A stretch of 64,000 nt of DNA from Octopus sinensis (GCF_006345805.1 NW_021834786.1:7647-71646); one strand, 5' to 3'. Counted from the first letter of the stretch, positions 38,034-51,272 are shown. The notes: generated by a model from the letters alone, not told the origin. Program-made: numbers and translations.

Positions 38034-38090
38034 TATATCGGACCGATTTCAGAGTTATTTCATAAGAACCTTCCCTTCATCAGTGATAAA
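38034..38090 (-). ncRNA. Degenerate Penelope-type hammerhead motif
   Basis: Minus strand uauca-CUGAUGA-aGGG...CUCu-GAAAU-CG-GUC-cgaua. Confidence 0.45.
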
Positions 38091-38257
38091 TGCGGCAAAG
38101 AAATAAGTGAAATACTTACTTATACCCATGGAAGAAGTGAACACAATCATGAGCACAATTAAGTACCCCAAATATATCCAAAATAGAAACTCTCTAGCCC
38201 ATCTCGAGACACGTGCGATTCGAACTGAAAATCAAAATTGCCTGACGTCATACTCTA

Positions 38258-39505
38258 CGAGGTGGGCAAAAAGAGTTCATTGGCTGATTATAAAGGCGTG
38301 ATGCTAGCGTTGTGAAATCTTGCATGCATTGATTTAAATTCTTCTTAATAACTGCATTATTTTCCCCCAGATAAACTGGCACCTCACAGCACAAGACATT
38401 TGACTGCTTCAAAAGTAACTAGTTGCAACCTCTTTTGAAAATGGACACAATTTGGCATTGTGGTGTTATCAAATACCTGCAGAAAAAGGATTTTGTCCCT
38501 AACAGCATCCATGCTGACATAGTTGCTATATTAGGGGATGATACTCCAGCTGTATCAACTGTGTAAAAGTGAGCAGCCGAATTTAAGAGGAGAAGAGACA
38601 TTCTTGAAGATGAACCAAGGTCTGGATGTCTAGCAATTGCCTCCACTGAGGAAAACATTGATAGTGCTCCCCACACGGTGATGGATGACAGGTAATTGAC
38701 TATGAATCAAATAATCAATGCTATTAACATATGCTGTGAGAGAGTTGAGAATATTCTGCAAAACTTGGTATGACTTGATAGGACGAAGTGTCTTCTGACA
38801 CATGATCAAAAGTGCACCAGGCTGATCACATCACGGGAAAATTTGACATTGTTTGAGCCAGATCCAGCTGGTTTTCTTAAACGTTTCCTAACCCAGGATG
38901 AGTGTTGGCTTTATTACCTTGAACCAGAGACAGAGACATAATCTGTGCAGTGAAAACATCAATCCTCACCTGCACCAAAGAAGGCCAAGGGTGTTTCATC
39001 TGCAGGGAAGATGATGGCATCAGATTTTGAGGATGCAAAAGACATTGTGTTTATTAACTGTCTTCTAAAGAGCCACACCATCAAAGAAAAGTACTATGCC
39101 AACTTGCTGAAGCAGTTACGAAAAGCTATCAAGACCTAATAGCCAGAAAAACTGAAGAAAGAGGTCTGGCTTCCCCAAGTCAATACTCTAGCACACAAGT
39201 ACATGGTTTCAATGGATGCTGTACGCGACTGTGGCTTTGACCTGGTTGATTGGCTTCCTTATTCTTCTGATTTGGCCTTATCTGACTTATCATCTGTTCC
39301 CTAATATGAAAAAAATAAACCGGTTGGAAACCAATACTGCAGTAATGATGACGTCATACCTGTTGCTGCTCACTTTTTTGACTAACAGATGAAAGGTTTT
39401 TCCCCAATGGCATCCAAGCACTGCAACACTGATAGAAAAAATCTCATTTGGTCACATTCTATGGGAGCATCTTGGTCAGCCTATGAACTTTTCAGCTGAC
39501 CCTCA
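38258..39505 (+). mobile_element. mariner DNA transposon, full span, pseudogenised
   Basis: TA-flanked imperfect TIRs (cgaggtgggcaaaaagagttcattggctga / tcagcctatgaacttttcagctgaccctca); TQDECW, SAGKMMAS, PYSSDLALSD. Confidence 0.9.
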
Positions 39506-39984
39506 TATTATCTTGAGAAAAAAAGATGTAAATATATATTGGATATCCTTACATCTTTTATTCAGACAGAAAAGCCATGTCTTAATAAACGCTGTGATGG
39601 CTACAGTTAGAACAGTTTTGATCTACTGCGTCAAAGAATTAACCGGGGTTAAACAACAGCAAAAACAATTACAACGTCAAGAAAGGCTGTTTTGGATAAT
39701 GTAGTTCTTGACTCACTGTCTGGAAAAAAGGTGTGTTGGAAATGGTTGAAAGATTTTCGGTCATTGATCTGTTGAAGCTGAGCTGAACTGGGATTAAATA
39801 AGAACAATAGCCAGTGAAGAAGTGAGTTATTCACGCTCTATCACCAGCACTGAGTTGTTGCTGCCGTTATTAAGCTCCAAGTCAATCCTGATTCAGCAGA
39901 CCTATGATGAAAATTGTTTCAGTTGCAATAATCTATGATCACATGACCTTCTACAAATTACTCCAAAATTCTCTGAAACCACAA

Positions 39985-40450
39985 CGATAGCCGTATTCCC
40001 CCGCCTAGCGGAAGCTCCAGCGATTCCGTCCGCTTGCCGGCGAGCTGCATGTCGGTCGACAATTCCAGCGCAGGTATGAGTGTTTGTGTGTTATACGTTT
40101 GTCGCCAGCTACCGGGCGTTCGGCGTTGTGATCGTGGCCGTCTTAGTGGTCGTCTTCATGTCCGTCTTCGAGACGTATTCGTGGCCATGCTTATGGCCGT
40201 GCTCGTGCTCGTGTTCGTGGTGGTGCCCGAGCTTGGTTCTCAGCTCGCATTCGTGTTCGTAGTCGAGGTCGTACCCGCTGTACGGCCAACCCGTTGTCAG
40301 CTACAAAGGAACAACTACGCTCATGTTGGTCGTTGCACTTTGAAGTATTCTGTGACAACTATGGAGGAGGAGAGAGCGTACAACAGTTGGCTGAATCGAT
40401 CGCCATATTCCGTTGCCGAGCCGAAGCTTCACCGATTCCGTCCGACTTTA
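39985..40450. other. CpG/GC-rich segment bounded by diverged ~50 bp direct repeats, unassigned
   Basis: High CpG density against the flanks; cgatagccgtattcc...gaagctccagcgattccgtccg (39985-40032) is similar to cgatcgccatattcc...gaagcttcaccgattccgtccg (40397-40444). Confidence 0.6.
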
Positions 40451-40997
40451 AAAAGGCGCATGCACATTAGAGATTGCTGTTCTGAATGTAGCTCCATCAT
40501 TGCTTAGATCAACACTGTTGGGTTTCTTGGACAATATATTTTATTCTCACCAAATATCATATCAGACAATAATTTTCAACGTTCATTCACAGAAGCAGTT
40601 GGTCAGTGTTGTGAAATCACTTAACACTGATAAAAAATCTATTTTCACCATAGACCGCGGCTTTATTAAGTCTAATATTTGCAACTGATACTTATGAACC
40701 GACCGGATACTTGTGAACTTGTGAACTTGTGAAACTGTTCAAACACAATGAGACTTTGTAGATTGATAATTGTGATTTTGAAGAGGTCAGGAGTATGTTT
40801 ATTTTTCAGGAAGTTGAGAATAGTTATGAAGAATAGGAGCAACTTTATGCTGTTTAGAATCAGTAGCAGCACTATTAGTTTTGACAAGTGTTTCTTTCCA
40901 CAACTTATAGTAATGAGTTCAACTCCTGCTTTGGAGGAATTGATGCGAAAATGAAAAGTAAAAACAAAAAAGTAAAAGAAAACAATATTAAATTTTG

Positions 40998-41432
40998 GGT
41001 GCTACTTTGTTATGCGATCTACGTAACCAACGTGTTCTACAAGAGTCAATTTCTACTTTAGTATGCGATCTACATGTTTCATTTGTTTATTATGGCTTAA
41101 ATAAAACATTCTCACATTTTTATACATTTATTTTTAAAAATTTAAATGAAGTAGATGTAGATTTGAAATAAGTTTACTAATTTTATAGCAGAATCGAACG
41201 AACATCAGCTAGAAAAGTAAAAAAAAGACAGATAATTAAAATTTTTATACATCCTATACATTTATTTTGACACTTATGCTTCATACTCTCTAACCAGACA
41301 TTTTATCGAAACCGATACAGGTGATTTCTTTGTTCTCAATCAGCATAACTTTACTTGTAGATCACGATATAAAGTGTAGGTCGCATACCAAAGCAGTTTC
41401 ATGATACGTAGATCGTATACCAAAGTAGCACC
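40998..41432. mobile_element. MITE with GG-terminal 30 bp TIRs and 8 bp TSD (Merlin-like)
   Basis: ggtgctactttgttatgcgatctacgtaac / gatacgtagatcgtataccaaagtagcacc; TSD aaattttg / aagttttg; the TIR motif is repeated subterminally. Confidence 0.75.
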
Positions 41433-42428
41433 AAGTTTTGTTCCACAATTAGAAACATTTCCTTGGGTGTAAATTCTTTAAAACTATTGAAATTTGTTTT
41501 GTTAAACAATAAAACTATGACATTTAATTTACCGAACAAATATAAAACAGTGTTATTTATGTCCTTCTCTTGGACATTAACGATGTTGGAGAAGTAAAGT
41601 GAAATAAGTGCAATTAGGAATTGAACCTAAATCTCAGGAGCGCGCTGATAGGAACCGAAAACATTTCATACAGTGCTGATGACCATATTTAAAAGAAAGG
41701 AAATATTGATTTCATACGAAACACAAATTGTAGTGATTAAACTTGAAGGGAAACTTATTTGGGTGTGCCTGTTGACCTCAGTATATAACTAGTATAACTA
41801 TTGTATAGACACCCTGGATGGATAGAAAAGCTGTGCCAATTACAAGTGAGCTTTGAACGCAGAACCTAAAGAGACATAACTAAATATTGAGTATTGTCTG
41901 ACAACTCCACCGTTCAAGGCACTGCGACTAAAATCTAGAATGATCTTTTGATTTTGGATTTGTAGCTTTCCACCTGTGATTAATGGCGAAAGTATTTTAT
42001 TTTTGATTTGAGAGAATGATCGTCAATTTACTAAAAAAAATTAGATTATGTAACTTCTAAGCCTTTCTCAAAGTCATTTATTGGTATAAGCGAAATATAT
42101 CAACTAAGAGTGGAAACCGTGTCACGAACTCGGTTTACCGTCGCTTAATCTGTTGCTCAGTTGCAGTTGTTATTGGGATTAAGAATAGAGTGGTGTATGT
42201 TTAAATGACAGACAGATTGACTGTATTTAGTTGTTGTAACGGAGTGGAGAGGAATTTGTCTTTCATTCTATGGATATAAGTAAAATCAGTTCTAGTCAAG
42301 CACTAGGGTTTAAGTTAAACGACTGTATTCTTCCTACAAAATACGTGGACTTGTCCCTACAATAATGCACCATTACACCTCTATAACTGATCAGATTTAA
42401 CGAACCAAATGGATATTTTTTCCTTCAG

Positions 42429-42524
42429 GCTAAACTTCGTGGAATAAACAATACTTTAATGAGCTTGCTGTTTGGTGTTTATCCATTCATGAATGTATTG
42501 GCTCCACAAATGGTCAAAAGAATG
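42429..42524 (+). CDS. Gene B (SLC18B1-like MFS transporter) exon, about TM2
   Basis: ttttccttcag| and |gtaagc; 96 nt, phase 0/0. AKLRGINNTLMSLLFGVYPFMNVLAPQMVKRM, comparable with the recalled SLC18B1 AEKKGASNTIIGMIFG. Confidence 0.88.
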
Positions 42525-42629
42525 GTAAGCCAACTGAATTTTCCTTTATACATACATACATACACACACACGCACACACAACACATCTTTGGATCTTACA
42601 ATTACGTATTACTATAGATATATAATTTT

Positions 42630-43630
42630 TTTTTCTGATGAAGTCCGGTTTATGGGGTTACTCTGTGTTTCCCGTCCATAAATGGTTTAAACTTATGGCG
42701 TTTTGTCAGAACCCAAAACCTGAAGAGAAGTTTCAGTAGAAAGGCAGATGTAAACAAGGTGGAGGTTGTATCCCTTTGCTAATGGCTATCGACTTCCGCC
42801 CGTACCGACATCATTCAGCTATAGGGTAAACAATAAGGGATTATCTCTCTCTCTCCCGTTAACTACCAACTTCCGGCTGTGCCGCAACCTTGCGGTTCCC
42901 AAAATGCCAGCAGAAATGTCCTAAAATGCAAACATGGCCCGAAAATCTCAGTTCTGCAGTTTAGTATAGTGCCTGGTTCTCTTTAGTGAATTTTAGGATT
43001 CTCGTGCGTTCGGCTATGCATAGATTCATAGATCGCAGCGTTTTGTACAGTTGATGTAGGGCCCACCAACCTTTTCTTGTAACGTCAGCAAGGGTAGAGG
43101 CAAGGCATGTTTCACCCGATTTGATATATTCAACTTTTATTCGTCTATATCAAAAGCGCTACTGACCAAAACGCTTTCTTTCGCTAGGGACTTCACTAGC
43201 TTTAGTGATAGCGATGTAGAAATTATTATGCATGCCTGGAAGGCAGTACTATTTAACAAAAGTTCAGCATGGGTCAAGTAATCCGACCCCACAGGCTCCT
43301 TTGACGTAGCGATGGGTTGTACATCCTTATGAAAAGTTCCCCTCTGTCCCCTTTGGCCTCTACAGAGATGATGCCCTGACCATCTCTAAGGGAGCAAGCG
43401 GCCATACACTAATTAGATAGGCTTATGAAGGACTTAATCAGCACGCTTGCCGCTATGGGATTGAAGATCACCATAGAAACCAATCTCACCACAGCGTATT
43501 TCTTAGACATCACGCTGGACTTGGGCTCCGGTACTCACAGGCCTTACCGCTAACTAAACGAGAGGCTAACATACATCAACACAGCCTCCTGTCACCCACA
43601 TATCGTGTTTAGGAACCTGGTAAAGGGTTC
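42630..43630 (+). mobile_element. Penelope-like element RT fragment
   Basis: FDIFNFYSSIS, FDVAMG, GLYRDDAL, GLKITIETNL..FLDITLDL, YINTASCHP. Confidence 0.85.
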
Positions 43631-45261
43631 CTGAACACGTTTGAGTACGAAGGTTGATATTTGTCAAGGTTTAGTAATACTGTAATACTTTACTATCATA
43701 AAGCAGTGGAATTTGGCTCATGAGACTGACTTAAACGATAGCAGCAATTGACTTTTACTGTATACCACTTATGTGACCAAAAAAGAAAAAAAAGTCTAAA
43801 TTATCAAACAACAAATCTGTTGCCAAATACTGAATGTATTCATCTTAAGCTGTACTTTTGCAGAAAGCTGGCTGAGATGGCCAGGAGGAAAACTGAAGCA
43901 TATTGAAATCAGCTCTCTTTAGTGGATTTCTGTGAGTACCGAAAAGCAAGAACAATGTCCTCCAGGAAATGGCAAAATTATCACCGAGTGAGACAAAAGT
44001 TATTTATTAACTTCTAAATACTCACACTAACAATAGTCGTCTAATACTAAGTAAAGAGAATCTCGGTTAAGAAAGAGCTAACTCTCATTTTAACTAATAC
44101 AGCTAATACAGTGCTCTTTGTTAAACTAGGAATCAAAAATATACATTGATGGTAAAAGTAGGCCTTGAATTGTTTTCAGTCAATCAATATTTTAAAAGAG
44201 ATTTTGTTTATTTTTGCGCTTAGAACTTGCTTCTACTAGAATCGTAGTTAACAATGTCATGAACGAACAGCTCCATTTGTGTGTGGATGTGTAAGCCGAA
44301 TGTGAGTGTATGTGTGTTTGTGTGTGTGTACGAGAAGAAAAAAAGAGAGTGTGCAAATTTGTTGTGTCAATGTGCACGAGGCGAGAAACAAACAGAAAGC
44401 AGATATGGTGGGCAGTAACATCGGAATACGTTCCAGATATTTCTGAGCCTTAAAGTCCAATCAGAGAATGGTATAACGTTGGAGAGAAAGTCCTGTCGTA
44501 TTTTCCCCATGATCACTCTGAGAGTACTTTGTTTTCAGTGCTTAGTATAAAACCCTAATTTATATATTCTAATAGTCTTTTTCTTTCTTTGAATGTTACT
44601 TTATATCAGAGATTAAATGCGTAATGATATCGATTTTACTTTTTTAAAATAGATCAGACCCATATCAGACACTGTGTGCCGTATGAATTCAAGAGGGGTT
44701 TCTTAAGCAATAGGAGAGGCCAGAAATATTTGTTCTGTCTATGGAAATGAAACTTTAAAATGCATGAACATGCTAACAGTGGTCCGACCAGTTTTGTTCG
44801 GAAAAATGTTTCCTCGTAGATTACTTTCGATCCAAGTGATGAAATGTGGGTTCTCTATAATAATATCCAACGAAAACGACATTGGTTAGCACCCAATGAA
44901 AAAGAAGAGTTTATCCCAGAGTTGCACCTGGAAATGTGCTCTGTGTTTCGAGGGATATGAAGAGCATTGTCTACTATGAAGTGTTAAATCTAAATTAAAG
45001 AGTTAATACTGAGAAGTTTTGTCAATTGGAATCATTGCACAAATATTTTCAGAAAAGTGCCCATCTTTGTCAGTCGTAAAGGGGTATCGTTATTATACTA
45101 CAATGAAAGACCTCATATTATCCAAACCAATCAGGAAAAATTATGACACTAAATATGGAAGTTTTGACTCATACTTCTCACTCTCCTGACATTGCTCCAT
45201 CTGACTATCATCTTTTCAGATCATTGGAATATTATGTAGAGGGAAAACTGTTTATCAATTG

Positions 45262-45748
45262 AATAATCAAGACTTGCAACGTGTACAGCGAGATCTGAAA
45301 CGATTATTCGCATATTTATTCTTAATACGTCTTGGCAGATTCAGCGGCAGAATATGCCGGTCGCTGTACGTCATAAGAGAATAAATATGATCAGCATATT
45401 TTGTGTCTGGATCTTCCCATATTAGTTAAGAATAGGCAAATAATCGTTCCAGATCTTGCTGTATATGGTGCAAATAACGATTTTTTTATCGGTTAGCAAT
45501 CAACACCAATCAGAAAACAATTTGTTCGCTGGAAGTTTAAATGACGCCAGTAGCTTGTAGGCTCAGAATTCTACTTCTGGCTGACGAGACATAACATGTC
45601 GAAACATCAGTGTCCAAGCGCCAAGCGTCGAGTGTATTGAACACACAATTCTCGTAAAAAGGAGTTATTCTATGATGTCCACTTCAGTGACCAACATATT
45701 TTGCGTCTGGATCTTCCTAGATATGTTAAGAATAAATAAGCGAATAAT
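45262..45748 (+). mobile_element. 487 bp non-coding hammerhead retroelement with internal inversion (Penelope-pLTR/retrozyme-like)
   Basis: 13 bp TSD tgtttatcaattg (45249-45261) / tgtttattaattg (45749-45761). Inverted arms 45274-45362 / 45389-45473, with the arm repeated at 45687-45752. Confidence 0.8.
45577..45618 (+). ncRNA. Type I hammerhead ribozyme with canonical core
   Basis: cugg-CUGACGA-GACAU aac AUGUC-GAAACA ucag UGUC-caag: perfect stem II, 3 bp stem III, GUC triplet; stem I is short with one mismatch. Confidence 0.75.
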
Positions 45749-46524
45749 TGTTTATTAATTGCGAAGAAGATAAAAATTATATTGAGTGCTTCTTTGCATT
45801 GAAGCCTGAAGAATTTTACGCCCAAGGGATGAGCAATTTGTCAAATAGATAAGATTATGTAACCAATTCCGAGGGGAAATATTTATTCTCATTAAATATA
45901 TGAATTAAGACCAAAGAAGCAGTTGTTTCTTTCCCATCTTGAAATCGAACTTAGTATCTATTGCTCTAGTTTCTGATAAAAGTGTCGATATGCGTTGGAT
46001 GTATGATACCATGTAAAAAAAGCCTTGTCCTGTTAACTATCATATGTTGTTGGATAATGTCACTGAATACCATATCTTAATGTGTCATAGCAAATTTGAT
46101 AATATATTACATTACACTGAATATCCTGTCATAACAAAATATCACAATCGGCTGAGTGCTAAACCGTACTTGATATCAAAGTTTCGGCTGTTTCACAGCT
46201 ATTTGAATATTTCATCACTTCTTCTTCAATATACATATATATGCATATAACTTAGATGACTTAGATATGGTTCGGCCAAAGATTGGCCCAAGCCATGTCT
46301 AACTTAGTAGCACCACCTGATAGGATTTGTTAGTCATTTTTAAAATCAAGTTAAGAGTTGCTGTTGACTGACAAGTATTCAAGCGTAGGCAGATTATCTG
46401 GTATTCATTGAGAAATTTGTTCAAGTTTCCTCTGAAGGTGATGGGATCTTTTTTAAAATATGTTAACAAATCAACAGGACTCATTCGGAATTGAAACTAA
46501 GTGTTGTCTGTTTATCTCTTACAG

Positions 46525-46598
46525 GTCTATCATTTTGAATTAAAACGTATCATATATGTTGCAATCGGGTTTTCTGCCATTAACACAATTTTTTTTGG
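46525..46598 (+). CDS. Gene B exon, about TM3
   Basis: tctcttacag| and |gtaagt; 74 nt, phase 0/2. VYHFELKRIIYVAIGFSAINTIFF(G), comparable with ..GGVTILFG. Confidence 0.88.
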
Positions 46599-47681
46599 GT
46601 AAGTGAGATTTGTTCAGAATTTTTCATATTGTCGTATTGTATGTTATTTTTTCGTACTTTGTAAAGTTACTTATGAGATTGATACTGAATGAAATAAAAT
46701 ACTGGCAAATCCTGTATGAATGCTTTATTGGGTCAAGTTTGGTGTATGATTTGCATCATGATTTCATCTGTCATATCTATAATATTGTTTTAAAGGCTCA
46801 TTTTCAGGTTCATATACTTGGCTAACTTATGAATCTACTCTGAAAAGCCATTGTGTCTAAGAAGCTGCTGATTGTGTTTCTTTGTAGACATACTATCATT
46901 ACAATTATTAAGATTTCAGAGTTAGCTGAGCTGTATCTAATTAATCTCTTTATGTTCTAAGTTCAAGTCCAACCAAGATCAACGACTGCCATTGATCTTT
47001 TACAGCTTGATGACATAGATACCAGTTAAGCAAGTTGATTAAGTAAATATGTGGCCTTGTGTCAATGTTATATGTTATAATTATTATTAGTATCATTATT
47101 ACGAAGAACAGTGGATTGATAGGATCAGTGGTGTATCAGACAGCATCTTATGTGGTATTTGGCTATCTATCTTTTACATTGAGCTCAGATCTACCAAGAA
47201 TCTGAAGAATCTGTTGGGGGGGGGGGGGGCACATCGACAAGTAATCAAAATAAGTAAAAAAAAAAAAATAACGCAATGCATCTATTACAAGGAAAAGCGA
47301 AATTTCTAACGTTTTGGCCACAGGCTCTTTATCAAGCCAAAAAGAAGAGAAAAGGCAAGGAGTCTTGATAATAATGGACGATGGAAGGAAGATATGTATT
47401 TAGTTTTTTAGGATGGTGGGCAGAAATTTCGGACAGGTGCTAAAGGTTTAGTAAACAGCGACAGAGTCAGTGCATGTCTTAGCATGAGTGAGTAAGTATG
47501 GGTAGGACGGTCAAGTACTATGAATGCATGTATGCTTGTATGCACCAGGAGTGATTAAATGATTGTGATGAAAGGAGACGAGGAAAAATTAGAGAAAATA
47601 TAAACAGTTATTGACACTAAAAGATGTACGCAATCAAAAATAATGTCAATGTTCCTGAAGCTGCAAAGCAGAAAGGGAGTC

Positions 47682-48077
47682 CAGGACCGGATTTAAACTG
47701 GGGTGGGGAGCACTTCAAGTTCAGTGGGTCACTTATACCCAAGACTTATAATCTCAGAAAATTACTAAATTTAAATCTCAAAACCCATCTATTTCCAATA
47801 ATTAAATTTGATGAGTTACCAGAGAAAGTTTAAATAAATGACTGAAAATGTCCCTTTATAGATATACTTTTTCAAAATTCAAATTTCGTTTTTCACGCAT
47901 CCACTTGCGGTATTTGATTTTTCCTTCATTGTGAAAAGTACAATGAAGGCGAGAAGAGTGAGGTAAGAGTTTTTTTTTCTTTTGATGTGAGTTACATATA
48001 TTTCAGAATGTAAAATAAGATAAAATTACAGATTATGAAGAAAAAAATCATTTTTGTGGTTGTTGCTGTTCCAAAGG

Positions 48078-48118
<41 letters not shown>

Positions 48119-48731
48119 CAAATACGGGGAAGTTCAAACAGCTATTTCTGAAAGTCAACTTTTCCACTTTCCAGAGTAAGTGGGGCACAATGAGTAATAT
48201 TTAGCATACAGCCATTTTTAGATATTGGAAATGCGACAAAATCTAAAATCTCAACGATAAATGTTTTTTATAGCTACTTCACCATAGCTTTTTGCCAGAA
48301 AGTATTCAGATATTTTATTAGCTACCTCAATTACAATTGGGTCAAATTTGAGGAAAAATTTCTTTTTTCTGACGCAAACATACATACATTTTCAGGATTG
48401 TTCTGTTTCCCTTTTCTCAGCTGTCCCCAAAGCAGCTACAATTTCCCTGGGAATCATGCTTTGGGACTGGCAATAAATTGTTTTTTAATTGAATTATTTG
48501 GTATCTCTAAAGGACCAAAAATCTATGGGTATTTATCATAAAAGAGAATTCATTACATTTAAGAAATCAAGATACCTTTGTATAACGAGTGTGACTCAGC
48601 AAGCCTGATTGCTGGAAGGTGGTGGTGAGGGGCTTCCTGTATTGAGTGCCACATACCTTTCCTAGCAGGGGTCCCCAATATCTAGATACCCGGAGCAATT
48701 GCCTCACCATACCCCGAAAAATCTGGCCCTA
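47682..48731. mobile_element. hAT-like non-autonomous element
   Basis: CAGGACCGGATTT ... AAATCTGGCCCTA termini; flanks agggagtc / agggtgcc resemble a decayed 8 bp TSD. Confidence 0.5.
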
Positions 48732-48972
48732 GGGTGCCACTGGGTAAACTAAAAAGCAGAAAGAGCTTAAATCCAAAACAATTTTTCTTTTCCTCATGAC
48801 AAAAATATAATCATTTTTATTTTTATTACTATTTCATTTGCTTTTATTGTTTTCTTACTGACAAAATATATATTTGAGTTTCCTGTTATCGACTGTTCTC
48901 ACTATGAAAATGGGCAACCTTGCACTGTTGGTAGAAACCATTATTAATATTTGTATATTTCTCTCTCATCAG

Positions 48973-49132
48973 ATTTCTTGAATACATCCCTAAGCAGGGT
49001 TCTTATAATATGGTGTTCCTCATACTAAGTTTCATTGTGAGAGCTTTCGAATCTTTGAGTTGTGGTACAATCAATACAGCAGTTATGATATTTTATACCA
49101 CTGAATTTCCAGATGATTTCAGTTGTTTATTT
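48973..49132 (+). CDS. Gene B exon, about TM4
   Basis: ctctctcatcag| and |gtgagt; 160 nt, phase 2/0. (G)FLEYIPKQGSYNMVFLILSFIVRAFESLSCGTINTAVMIFYTTEFPDDFSCLF, with the TM4 VR and FP motifs. Confidence 0.9.
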
Positions 49133-51272
49133 GTGAGTATAACTAAACGCATACTTCTTTATCTTCGTCTCATTCCAGTCTAATAGCTTCACAGTGATTA
49201 CAGAGAATATTCATGTCACCAACGTTGTATCTTTCGACCATACGTTTTCGGTTTTTTTGACGTTCTCGTTCATTTTTATTTTATATTCTATCTTGAACTC
49301 GTTCCCTTATTTCTTGTAAATACTCACTCAATACTCTTTGATTCATATTTTCCCTTCAACACACTGATGCTCCCGTGCTTGTTTTAGTGATTCGAACCTC
49401 TGTTTCTCTTTATATACCGTTTTAATCTTTCTGTTGTCATCCATATTTTATAAACAAATACATATTTTCAAGCAAGCAGACAGTAAATATATGAGGAGAG
49501 GCGATATAAAAAAATAAAAAAAGACTGCACATTTCGCTAACCACTCACCACCATCATCATCATCACCACAATGATCATCACCATCACCTCCACCACCATC
49601 ATTATAGCTTTCAATAACAAAGCTCAATCTAAGTTGTTTGCCATCCACGATAGTTTCATTTTATTTCAGTTCTTTGTTTATATCTACTCCTCTTTAAAGA
49701 ACAAAAAGCGACAAAAGAAAAGAAACGAAAAATAACATCTACGCTTATTTTGCTAAGTTATTTCACTTTCATTGAAAAAATCTATTTTTCTATGATAAGG
49801 TTATTATTATTATTCCTTTTTCAGTCCACCCAACGATGTAATAAGTCACAATAATATATGATGTTTAAAATTTTCCTTTTAACATTTTATCTCTCTCTCT
49901 CTCTCTCTCTCTCCAGCTCTCTTTTTTTTCTCCCTCTACCTCAAATTTTAACAAACATTCTAACCATGTTATTCCCCTCTTCACGTCTTTATGATTTCTC
50001 TCATTCTCTTTCTCTTAATTTTCATCTCTCATTTGCACTGACCACCTGACAGCTTAATGCATCGGCTGGCAAAACACCTCTACTCTTTCTCCCTTACACT
50101 CTCCACTTTCTCTCTCCCTCTTTGTCTTTCTTTAACTGCACCACTAGAACCTCATTCTGCTAAAATTTGTGTTACTAACTCTCTTTCTCTACATCACTAC
50201 CTTCAGAAAGCATTTTAACCCCGCAATAAATGTTACGTTTCTCCTACTTCGCATCATGAACACTTCTTTCTCCCCCTTTTTCTTTCTCGCTCTACTCCTT
50301 TTTCTTCAACTAATCACGTGACAGCGTAACGCATTTTGTCCTTAGCGTATTAATATATAGATATTTCAAATTACGGCCCCATACAGAAAAAAGCGAATTG
50401 GTTGCATTTCGGGAGCTGATTTACATATCTATCACTTGCCAGGCTATTATGTTATTCATTACATCAAATAGATTAGGCCATCATAAAGATTATGTCAAAA
50501 TGACCAATTAGCACTTTATAATATCTCTTCATAACATATGTAAATCATAGACAATTTTATAACCACTCAAACACCATCGGATATATACGAGCGCAGACAC
50601 ACACTCGCTTATAAAGTTTGAGTTGGGATGTAGTATGTGTTTCATATTCCAGAAATTATGTGTAGATATAGGTTTGTGTATAAATAAACGACGATAATAG
50701 TGACTTGAACGTTACAGTAAGTTAGGAAACAGCCAGAAATATTTTATTGGCAATGCAAGCTCCAAGCAAATGGGGTCCAGTCTGGAATAGAAGTAATGGA
50801 ACACTAGCTTGAAAATTTACAAGCCAATGATCCGTTACCTAAGTGGATCAATGCTTAAGAGAATAAAAGATGCTAGTCTGAATCACAATGGAACGCCAGC
50901 CATGGATTTGGTCCTATGATCCTTGTGCAGGTTGTCAAATACATTATGTTCTATACATATTATTGTAAGACTAAATATCTTTCCCCTATATAAAATTTAT
51001 TCATTGTTTTGTCAATTTACCGCCATTTTAAAGAACTGAAATTTTAAGGAATATCGCAATTATAGTACAGATACATTTTAGGGAATAATGCATTTGAGAT
51101 TATATCATTCTTTACGGAATGAGACAATTGAGAGATTGTGTAAGTTTTGAGAATGTTACATGTAAGTAAAGATATTTACTTTTAAGAAAATATTTCAAAA
51201 CATAATTTTCTTACAAAAACAGATTAGTATCTTCTGAAGTTCCACAGCTATTGTGTTTAAACGTTATTTCAG

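Larger units (their letters stand above)
44620..45900 (+). mobile_element. mariner transposase remnant, split by a 487 bp insertion
   Basis: SDEMWVLYNN, NERPH, SPDIAPSDYHLFRSLE; the frame resumes after the insertion (CEED..FFALKPEEFYAQG). Confidence 0.88.

Noticed and set aside
40034-40507. 157 aa plus-strand ORF as a protein gene
   Set aside because: Non-ATG start, low-complexity hexamer origin and no recognisable domain; kept only as an unexplained CpG-rich segment.
40748-40954. ORF containing FFPQ as the missing TM1 exon of gene B
   Set aside because: Too polar, wrong spacing and no suitable donor.
42635-42720. CTGATGA plus hairpin as a hammerhead
   Set aside because: No GAAA or cleavage triplet in register; at most a fully decayed Penelope relic.
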